Shown here one piece after another: positions 22,972 through 30,554 of a stretch of DNA of 32,000 nucleotides. The stretch covers positions 1,260,001 to 1,292,000 of the forward strand of contig OY969938.1 of assembly GCA_963704755.1 (NCBI GenBank), read 5' to 3'. The number at the start of each line of letters is the position of its first letter. The first letter of the stretch is position 1. The translations under genes and the position numbers were made by a program. The notes beneath the pieces are model-generated. The model saw only the letters and a list, made by a program, of their open reading frames with translations. It made no database searches and was not told the origin of the DNA. The DNA comes from an uncultured Chloroflexia bacterium. GTDB lineage: Bacteria; Chloroflexota; Anaerolineae; Anaerolineales; Anaerolineaceae.

Positions 22972-24795
22972 GACTCTTCAACCTTTCCTGGATGACCAAT
23001 TCCTCCTCTTTGGACAGCGGAGGCGGTTTCGCCTTGCCTGAAGGCTTGAGTTCCCTGGCCAATAGCCAGGTAGGGAATATCCTGGTAGGAGGGTACACTG
23101 CACTCTTCCAGGCCTCGTTTCGAAAAGATCACCCCAGGGACGGCCTGGGGATGGACGCTATGGTCCGCGTTCCAATGGTCCCGGTTACGTTCGATTGATT
23201 CCGGTTCCCAGCCGCCCAACCCTGTCTGCGGAGACGCGCGGTACCCCGCGGCGTACCCGACCACCAGGTCCGGGCCGGTCTCAGCCAGAAGGGCCGTCGA
23301 ATGCTTCGCCCCTGGGCCAGGCATTCCGCACAACCGGTTTTCCGTCCGCTCCCTTCCAGTCCAACAGGCCCAGGCGGATCTTTTCCAGCAGGCCTTCCTG
23401 TTGGCCGGAGGCTACCAATCCTTGCCCTTCCCGGCCGGCCAGGTTCAGGTAGATACTGTTCAACCCAATTGCGTATGCCTGGGTCCTGGTCCAATCGATG
23501 TCGGCCCACTCGCCGGATTGGGTGGAATTCTTTTCGATCAACAAACCCTGTTCCAGCAGCCAGCGATTAAGATGCACTTTGGCATCATAGTGGGTAAAAC
23601 CATGGTCCGAAACGACCAGCAGGCGGTCTTCCGGTGTGGAATGGGCCGAAAAAGCCCATTCCACCTGCCCGACAAGCTCGTCCAGCTTCAAGTACCAGCG
23701 CTCGACGACCTCTGGGCGCGTATTCCAAAACATATGCTGCACCCGGTCGAGAGTATCGATCACCGCGCCGATGATGCCTTCCTCGAAACGGTCGAGCTGG
23801 TAGAACAACAACTGCACCTGCTTGGCCACGATCTGGTCGCATAGGTCGAGGAATTGATCATCCGTCAAGATACCGTCTTCCAATGCCTGGGTGTCCTGCG
23901 GCCAGCCGATCGTCAAGAACGGGCCAAAGTTCGTCCAACATTCCTTGACGAAGGAGCGCGGGGTTCCATACCGCCAGGGTGACTTCAGCGGGTGCAGTTG
24001 CAAGGGCAAAAAATATAGCTGAACGTTGGGCGTCGTCTGGGTCAGGATGGCCCGCGTGACCGCGCCTATATTTACGAACAGCCCCATTTTGACATTCAAT
24101 TCCAGGTAAGGGCCTAAAATACCCAACCGAAGGTCGATACATTGCCCATCGATCTTCAGTTGAGCGTATTCGTCATCGATCACCTCCAAGGTGAATGGGA
24201 TTTTAGCAGGCTGGTAACCCTGGCGGGTCTGCATCCGTGGCCCGTCCAACGACTGGGTATACACCGCGCGACTGGACCGCTCAAAAACAGACAGGGGTGT
24301 CTTGCGACTGGCCGAGGCGTCGTCGGGGTTGGTGCTGAAGAACTGGCCAATTCCAAGCCGCCCCTGGATATCGGGTGTCCCCAGGCCGGGGAGGGTATGC
24401 ACCGGCGACTCAGGCTGGGCCGGAAAAGTCGCTGGCCACCACAGCGTAGTGGCCGGATAGCCTTGCTCCGCTGCCCAGTCGAAGATCGTGCGGGTGGTGT
24501 ACGGCCGCACAAACTGGCTGCCACCGACCCCTGCTGCCGATGGCAGCAGGGAAACGTTCAGGGAGTAGTCTTGTGGGTTGCGATGGACAAAATCAAACAG
24601 CCCGTGGTGACCGGGGTTTAACCCGGTCGCGATACTCGTCCACGAAACTTCACTTTGGGGCGGGTTCGCCACCTGAAAGCGGCTGTATTGTTTGTTCCTG
24701 ACATATTTTGCCAGGTTATTCATATGACCCTGGTTGTAGAGTTTCTCGAACAAACCAGGGTCAAACGCGTCCAATCCTAGGATCAAGGTTCTCAT
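22958..24795 (-). pseudogene. type I phosphodiesterase / nucleotide pyrophosphatase (alkaline phosphatase family) gene interrupted by two +1 frameshifts
   Basis: Frame 1 (24795-23281) carries LILGLDAFDPGLF and SWTSIATG. The homology continues in frame 2 (ETGPDLVVGYAAGYRASPQTGLGGW...HPQAVPGVIFS). It then continues in frame 3 (PTWLLARELKPSGKAKPPPLSKEEEELVIQERLKSLGYF, stop at 22958-22960). Deleting one C from the CCC run at 23291-23293 and one from the run at 23073-23075 restores a single ORF of roughly 610 aa. Confidence 0.7.
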
Positions 24796-24947
24796 CACAA
24801 TTTACGCTGCTCCCGGAGGTGACGTTTGATTCGGGAGAAGGTACTTTTCAACTGGCGCGAGAAGAATAGCACCAGTGCCGAAAAGATGGTGAGGACAAAA
24901 CCCAACACATAAACCAGCATTCCACCAGCGGTCGGATCAACATACAT
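24795..24947 (-). CDS. 50-aa single-pass membrane peptide (not in the ORF track)
   Basis: The translation is MYVDPTAGGMLVYVLGFVLTIFSALVLFFSRQLKSTFSRIKRHLREQRKL. Its TGA shares one nucleotide with the ATG of the downstream phosphodiesterase gene (GTGATGA). Confidence 0.5.
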   Translation of the reverse strand: MYVDPTAGGMLVYVLGFVLTIFSALVLFFSRQLKSTFSRIKRHLREQRKL

Positions 24948-25369
24948 GATGGTTATTCACTCTCTTTTAAGTTATCGATGTCTGATCATTCGCCGTGATT
25001 CATCGGATAACCAGTCTTTTTAATCACTGCCACGACGAAATAATTATCTGGACAATGCTTACCATTGCCTACTTTTTGATGATAGTGAGCCGCCACTCGA
25101 AAACAATGGGGAACTTCCCTTCCCCGGCCTTCCAGGTTTCCCCCATTGCATTATTCTGGAATCCCCTAGAAAAAGGAATCAGTTGATGAGGAGATGAGGC
25201 AATCAGGAAAGAGCCCGATCTCTCCCCTAAAATCCCGGTTTTGGATTTTGAAAAAATGTAGAGTGGGTGCAGGGCTCATACGCAATACCGGTAAATCACC
25301 GGGCGGTCAAACATGCCAGGCCTTGCCCGTAATCCCCCAGCCCATGGGCCCATAAAACCGGCACAACGC

Positions 25370-25418
25370 GCCCCCTTCCCCGCATCCCACCAAACCGAAA
25401 ACTGGTTTGGAGGGAAAA
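25370..25418 (+). repeat. CCCCTTCCC / CCAAACC-N7-GGTTTGG hairpin repeat, copy 2
   Basis: GCCCCCTTCCCCGCATCCCACCAAACCGAAAACTGGTTTGGAGGGAAAAG. The stem 25385-25396 / 25404-25415 pairs at 11 of 12 positions. Relative to copies 1 and 3, AAATC/GATTT has become AAACC/GGTTT. Confidence 0.8.
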
Positions 25419-25420
25419 GG

Positions 25421-26020
25421 TTAATGCCGATGCCGGTACAGATTCTTGTCAATCACCGCCAGCATCCGCTGCGGATCCACATCCCCCAGAAAACCGGACA
25501 CTTTCTGCAGCTCGGGCTGAGGGCTCTGCAAAAGCTCGTTGTAATTCAGATACAAAACCCGCATATTGCCTTGATCCGCCAGCCAGGCCCGAACCTGGGC
25601 CAGGTGTTTTTGATACAGGTTTGTCATTTCCTCGTCGCTGACCGGACCGCCCTCCGCCCCGCGCCGGGCGAGCATATCCTGCTGTGAAGCCAGGATCTCC
25701 TTCATCTCGCGCAGCATGAAGATAATCCGGTAACGATACGCAGCCGGCAAATATTCCAGGTGCGCCGAGACGATTTTGACCGCCTTCCCGCGGACATCCG
25801 CCAACCAGGCTGTGTCCCCTTCGCGCAGCTTCTTCACCCGTTCGAACTCATAATACCCCTTGGGGTTGTCCTCGTCCGCGGTCCGGATTTGATCAGTCAG
25901 GACCTGCATCCCGGCGGATTCCAACATCTTCATCATCAAGGAAGTCCCTGAACGGGGCAGCCCTGAGACGATCGTGATCACATCCTCTTGGGAAGAACTC
26001 GTTTGGTTATGTTCAGCCAT
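25421..26020 (-). CDS. sulfotransferase family protein
   Basis: 199 aa. It has a PAPS 5'-phosphosulfate loop-like SGLPRSGTS and a 3'-phosphate motif-like RExxEILAS. The size and layout match small bacterial sulfotransferases. Confidence 0.7.
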   Translation of the reverse strand: MAEHNQTSSSQEDVITIVSGLPRSGTSLMMKMLESAGMQVLTDQIRTADEDNPKGYYEFERVKKLREGDTAWLADVRGKAVKIVSAHLEYLPAAYRYRIIFMLREMKEILASQQDMLARRGAEGGPVSDEEMTNLYQKHLAQVRAWLADQGNMRVLYLNYNELLQSPQPELQKVSGFLGDVDPQRMLAVIDKNLYRHRH

Positions 26021-26071
26021 ATTCCCATTGTAGCGAGGAATGGGGTTTGCTGATAGTAGTATTTTTACGGC

Positions 26072-27295
26072 CTAATCCTGCGACGAAGCTTCAGCCTCCA
26101 CCGCCCCTGCCGGAGTGCTTTTGCCCTGCAGCGCAGTCGAACCGGCGATGCCCAGCAGCAGGATCCCGGTGGCGATGACGGCCAACATGGGTTTCACCCC
26201 AATCAACACAGCTAGCGTTCCGCTCAGCCAGGGCCCCAGGAACATGCCCAACGAATAAACTGATTGGTGCAGCCCCATGGCGGTGGTCCGCTGGCTCTCG
26301 TCCACTTCGCGGATGCTCAGCCCCAGCAGCAGCGGATAACCGATACCGAAGCCCAGTCCAATGCAGAACTGGATGGCAAACACCATAACAATTGAGCTGG
26401 CTATCGCCACACCCCCGGCGCCGACCGCCAGCAGCAGGATACTCGCCAGGGCCATAACACGCGAGCCAAACCGGTTGGCCAACGCAGCCGAGATCGAATT
26501 GCCGATCAACCCGACCACCAGGTCGAAACTGAGCAGCGAACTGATCAGCACATCCGAGGCGCCAATCTGGCGGGCCAGGATGGGAATAAAAGTGTACGTG
26601 GTGGCAAAGTCCGCGGTATGGAGTAAGGCTTGCAGCAGCGACGGCAGCATCACATCTCGCCGGCTGGCCAGGGTTTTCAATCCGGAAAAAGATGGCTTGC
26701 GCGGTGCAGTAGGGGTATCGGGCAAAAAAAACAGCACTACTGCGGCCAGCAGCGCGGCCAGCGCCGCCAATCTGAATGCCAGAATATACCCGCCCAGGCC
26801 GTTCAGCCAGCCATTGACCGCTGATGCCACAATCCGGCCCGAAAACCCAACGATGGATAAGGTGGCGGTCGCCTTTACGACCTGGCCGGGTTCGAACAGG
26901 CTGCTGAACAGGACGATCAACGGCACCCAGGTGGCTGCCGACACGCCCACCATGGCCCGCCCAAAGATGGCCGTTTGAATATTATTCGCCGAACCCAGGA
27001 TCAGGTCGCCGGCAGCGACCAGCACCAGCCAGGCCAGGATGATCGGCTTACGCCGGCCAAGCCAGTCCGCGGCGATGCCCAGCGGCAGGCGCACGATCAA
27101 CTGCCACAAGCCGTACATGGAAAGCGCGGTTCCGACCAGGGCCAGGTCCGAAGTTTTGGACTGGAGATAAATAGGCAAGGTGGGCACGTACAGGTAAAGC
27201 GCGAGCCAATACAGGAAAACAACGACCAGAAAAACCGGTATGAGAACCTTGCGATTCGGCTGGCGAGGACGTTCTGGAGTGGAGACCGAATTCAT
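26072..27295 (-). CDS. MFS transporter
   Basis: 407 aa with about 12 hydrophobic segments. An MFS signature-like GIAADWLGRRKPI lies between TM2 and TM3. Confidence 0.85.
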   Translation of the reverse strand: MNSVSTPERPRQPNRKVLIPVFLVVVFLYWLALYLYVPTLPIYLQSKTSDLALVGTALSMYGLWQLIVRLPLGIAADWLGRRKPIILAWLVLVAAGDLILGSANNIQTAIFGRAMVGVSAATWVPLIVLFSSLFEPGQVVKATATLSIVGFSGRIVASAVNGWLNGLGGYILAFRLAALAALLAAVVLFFLPDTPTAPRKPSFSGLKTLASRRDVMLPSLLQALLHTADFATTYTFIPILARQIGASDVLISSLLSFDLVVGLIGNSISAALANRFGSRVMALASILLLAVGAGGVAIASSIVMVFAIQFCIGLGFGIGYPLLLGLSIREVDESQRTTAMGLHQSVYSLGMFLGPWLSGTLAVLIGVKPMLAVIATGILLLGIAGSTALQGKSTPAGAVEAEASSQD

Positions 27296-27326
27296 AGCAA
27301 AAATACCTTATAAAAAGATTAGTGAT

Positions 27327-28175
27327 TCAGACGATTGCGCTGGCAATAAAGCTCCGCCTGGGGGCTTGCAGCCCATCCTGGCGGCCGCGGATGTATTGTT
27401 CGTCGATTTCCGATGGGGTCAGCAGCTTGACCGTGGAAAATCCAATCCCGTAAAGCTGTTTCACCAGCTCGCCCGGCCTAACGCGGGTCAGCCAGGGCTC
27501 ACCGTGAGACGCGGCCCGACCGGCCAGGCTGATTTCCGGCCGGAGCAATTCACCGGCGGTGGGCGGCCCGGCAAAAGTGAATACCAGCTCACTGGAAGGC
27601 GGCAGCGAGGCGGCGAAGCGAAAGACCTGGTCCACTGCCTCGGCGGACAGGTAGACCATCACGCCCAGCCAGGAGAGAAACACCGCTTGGTTTGGGTCGA
27701 ATGGGCTGGCCCCCAGGCCGGTACGCAGATCGGTGGATTCAAAATCGACCGACACAAAATGAACGTTGGCCGGGATAGCAACCCTGCCTGCGGCCAGCCG
27801 TTCCCGTTTGGTTTGCTGGCTGGCCGGCTGGTCCACCTCGAATATCTGTAAGGCATGCGCCCAATCCGGCTGGCGATAGGCAAACGAATCCAGCCCGGCG
27901 CCTAAAATGACGTACTGCCGGATACCTCGTTCGACGGCCGCTTTCAGCCGGTCTTCAGCGTAACGGCTGCGCACCACCACCCGCGCACGCAGCGCATTCT
28001 GGCGTGGAGTGCGAAAACTGTCCGGGGCCGAACGTATCCGCTCGATGGCCGCCGGGGCGATCAGCCGCAGGACGGGCGGGTCATCCAATATTTTGGGTTC
28101 ATCGTCCAGGAGTTGATGCACCGCACGCGAGACGGCCACCAGAAGGCCGGTTTTACTCGATTCAAGTTCACTCAT
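27327..28175 (-). CDS. class I SAM-dependent methyltransferase (LCMT / TIGR00027-like)
   Basis: YVILGAGLDSFAYR and FEVDQPASQ are typical of this O-methyltransferase family. I place the start at ATG 28175 (MSELESS...), preceded by AGGA, and reject the 52-aa Arg-rich extension to 28331. Confidence 0.75.
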   Translation of the reverse strand: MSELESSKTGLLVAVSRAVHQLLDDEPKILDDPPVLRLIAPAAIERIRSAPDSFRTPRQNALRARVVVRSRYAEDRLKAAVERGIRQYVILGAGLDSFAYRQPDWAHALQIFEVDQPASQQTKRERLAAGRVAIPANVHFVSVDFESTDLRTGLGASPFDPNQAVFLSWLGVMVYLSAEAVDQVFRFAASLPPSSELVFTFAGPPTAGELLRPEISLAGRAASHGEPWLTRVRPGELVKQLYGIGFSTVKLLTPSEIDEQYIRGRQDGLQAPRRSFIASAIV

Positions 28176-28363
28176 GGGAAATCCTATAGGCATGAATTCT
28201 ATCGCAAAAGGACGCGGTTTTCGTGTCAATGCCGGTAAAGAAAGCCGCACCGGAAGGCAGGCTCCCATTGTCATTGCAAGCCGCCGGCGCCTTTTTGGCG
28301 GCATGGTCATCTCAACATCGGCCGTAAACACTTTGTTTTGTATAAAGGTAACAACAAAATTCC

Positions 28364-28399
28364 TTGCGTTTCCGTAAATTTAATTCTATAATTATCGAA
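28364..28399 (+). promoter_or_regulatory. candidate promoter plus operator of the ArsR-family gene
   Basis: The promoter is TTGCGT (28364-28369), a 17-nt spacer, then TATAAT (28387-28392). The 16-bp near-perfect palindrome TTCTATAATTATCGAA (28384-28399) overlaps the -10 box. The RBS AAGGA is at 28408-28412 and the ATG at 28420. Confidence 0.5.
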
Positions 28400-28419
28400 A
28401 TAAATCAAAGGAAATAAAA

Positions 28420-29010
28420 ATGGACAATCAAGATGCGATCGAGGAACTGGTTGAATTTTTTAAAGCGCTGGCCGACGCCAACCGCCTCAAAATTGTTGGG
28501 CTGTTGGCCAACCAGCCCCAAACAGTCGAACAACTGGCCGCCATCCTGGGCCTGAGCGCCTCCACCATCTCGCACCACCTGGCCAAACTGGCCGAAAGCG
28601 GCCTGGTTTCGGCCAACGCCGAGGGATACTACAGCGTGTATCACCTCAACCAAAAGATATTGGAAGAAAAATCCCGCCGCCTGCTGGCCCGCGACGCGCT
28701 CCCCGGCCTGGTCGCTGACGTGGACGCCGGTGCTTTCGACCGTAAGGTCATCCATGATTACCGCCTGCCGGACGGCAGCTTCAAGACCCTGCCCGCCCAG
28801 CGCAAGAAATTGGAAGCCATTTTGCGTTTCATCGTCCAATCTTTTACCCCAGACCAACGCTACCCCGAAAAACAGGTCAACGAGATCCTGACCCCCTTCT
28901 ATGCCGACACCGCCACCCTGCGGCGTGAGCTGATCGGCAACCGGCTCATGCAGCGCGAACATGGGGAGTACTGGCGGGGGAAAGAGGAGAGAATAGAGAA
29001 TAGAGAGTAG
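28420..29010 (+). CDS. ArsR-family winged-helix regulator with C-terminal DUF2087-like domain
   Basis: LADANRLKIVGLLANQPQTVEQLAAILGLSASTISHHLAKLAESGLV is a canonical ArsR/SmtB HTH, but it lacks the CVC metal site. The C-terminal half (YPEKQVNEIL...TLRRELI) resembles DUF2087. Confidence 0.85.
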   Translation: MDNQDAIEELVEFFKALADANRLKIVGLLANQPQTVEQLAAILGLSASTISHHLAKLAESGLVSANAEGYYSVYHLNQKILEEKSRRLLARDALPGLVADVDAGAFDRKVIHDYRLPDGSFKTLPAQRKKLEAILRFIVQSFTPDQRYPEKQVNEILTPFYADTATLRRELIGNRLMQREHGEYWRGKEERIENRE

Positions 29011-29116
29011 AGAGTAGTTGGCAAAGGCAATCAGTGAATCAGGCAACCAGTGAATGAGGGAAGAAAAAATGGGGCTAAAAAGAAATGGTTCAAAGGACCT
29101 TTTCGGCAGCAAGGCA

Positions 29117-29144
29117 CCCCTTCTCCCGTTTCAGGGAGAAGGGG
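29117..29144. repeat. perfect 11-bp GC-rich hairpin inside the arsR-peptidase spacer
   Basis: CCCCTTCTCCC GTTTCA GGGAGAAGGGG. There is no adjacent U-tract on either strand. Confidence 0.7.
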
Positions 29145-29226
29145 CCGGAGGATGAGGGTGAGCGCCGAACAACACACACAAAAAACAGCAAATACCCACC
29201 TTTTCACTCTTGCCGGCCGGCATACA

Positions 29227-29277
29227 GCCCCCCTTCCCCGCTTCCCCCCAAATCAAAAACCGATTTGGAGGGAAGGG
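29227..29277 (+). repeat. CCCCTTCCC / CCAAATC-N7-GATTTGG hairpin repeat, copy 3
   Basis: GCCCCCCTTCCCCGCTTCCCCCCAAATCAAAAACCGATTTGGAGGGAAGGG. The stem 29241-29254 / 29262-29275 pairs at 13 of 14 positions. Confidence 0.85.
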
Positions 29278-29399
29278 TCAGAAGCTTAATCCCTCGTTGC
29301 CTTGTTGCCTTATCGACTATTCTCCATTTTCTACTCTCTATTCTCTCCTCGCCTCCCTTTCCGGTATATAATTCTCTCAGGACTTTATTGGAGGATTTC

Positions 29400-30503
29400 A
29401 TGCGGATTCAACGCCTCGAACGATTGTATTCATTGATGCAAACTGCCGGCCTGGATTTCCTGGCCTTGAACCCAGGCCCCAGCCTGGTTTATCTGACCGG
29501 GTTACACTTTCACTTGATGGAACGCCCCACGGTTCTGCTCATTGCTCCGGAGCAGACACCGCTCTTCATTCTGCCTGAACTGGAAATGCTCAAAGTTCCC
29601 CAGGCCGTCATCCCGCTGGATACCCTGACTTTTGGTGACAACCCCGCCTCTTGGGCCGGGGTTTTTTCAACCGCCGCCCAGAAAATGGGCCTGGCCAACC
29701 AGCGTATTGGGGTCGAATCGACCCAACTCCGTTTTCTGGAATTAAATTTGCTCCAGCAAGCCGCGCCGCAAGCCCATTTCGTTTCCGGTGACGCCGCTCT
29801 GGATTCGCTGCGCCTATGCAAGGACGCGACTGAACTGGCCAGCATGCGTAAAGCCGCCCAGATCGCCCAGGACGCCCTGCGGGCAACTTTGCCCCTGGCC
29901 AAACCCGGCATCAGCGAAGCTGACCTGGCCGCCGAGCTGTGTGTGCAGTTGCTGCGGCATGGCTCCGAGCCGGAATTTCCCTTTTTCCCGATCGTTTCTT
30001 CCGGCCCCAACTCGGCCAATCCACACGCCGTTCCAGGCGAGCGCCGCCTGCAAACCGGCGACCTGCTCCTGTTCGATTGGGGGGCCGCCTACCAGGGATA
30101 TTTCTCTGACATCACCCGTACATTTGCCATCGGCGCGCCTTCGGCGGAGATGCGCGAAATCTACCAGGTAGTCCTGGAGGCCAACCAGGCCGGTCGCGCT
30201 GCCGGCAAGCCGGGCCTGCGCGCCGGCGTCATCGATGACGCCGCCCGTGGGGTCATCAACCAGGCCGATTATGGCCCTTATTTCACCCACCGGACCGGTC
30301 ACGGCCTGGGCATGCAAGCGCACGAGACCCCCTACATGTTCGCCGAAAATGACCTGCTGCTGGCCGAGGGAATGGTTTACACCGTCGAGCCGGGAATTTA
30401 TCTGCCTGATAAAGGTGGCGTCCGCATTGAAGACGATGTCGTTGTCACTGCCGAAGGCTGCCAGTCCTTGACCGATTACCCCCGTGAGTTGACCGTCCTT
30501 TAA
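29400..30503 (+). CDS. M24-family Xaa-Pro peptidase (aminopeptidase P / prolidase-like)
   Basis: Metal ligand landmarks are present: DWGAAYQGYFSDITRT, HRTGHGLGMQAHE, VYTVEPGIY and VRIEDDVVVT. I place the start at ATG 29400, preceded by GGAGGA, and reject the extension to 29085, which runs through repeats. Confidence 0.88.
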   Translation: MRIQRLERLYSLMQTAGLDFLALNPGPSLVYLTGLHFHLMERPTVLLIAPEQTPLFILPELEMLKVPQAVIPLDTLTFGDNPASWAGVFSTAAQKMGLANQRIGVESTQLRFLELNLLQQAAPQAHFVSGDAALDSLRLCKDATELASMRKAAQIAQDALRATLPLAKPGISEADLAAELCVQLLRHGSEPEFPFFPIVSSGPNSANPHAVPGERRLQTGDLLLFDWGAAYQGYFSDITRTFAIGAPSAEMREIYQVVLEANQAGRAAGKPGLRAGVIDDAARGVINQADYGPYFTHRTGHGLGMQAHETPYMFAENDLLLAEGMVYTVEPGIYLPDKGGVRIEDDVVVTAEGCQSLTDYPRELTVL

Positions 30504-30554
30504 TTTCCATTTTCCGGCAAGTCTATACGTACCCATCAAAACGGAGCATCCAGG

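Noticed and set aside
23073-23295. Programmed +1 ribosomal frameshifting in the phosphodiesterase gene.
   Set aside because: There is no known +1 shift context, such as the prfB-like CUU UGA C with an upstream SD. Two independent shifts would be needed. A homopolymer indel, whether real or artefactual, is the simpler explanation.
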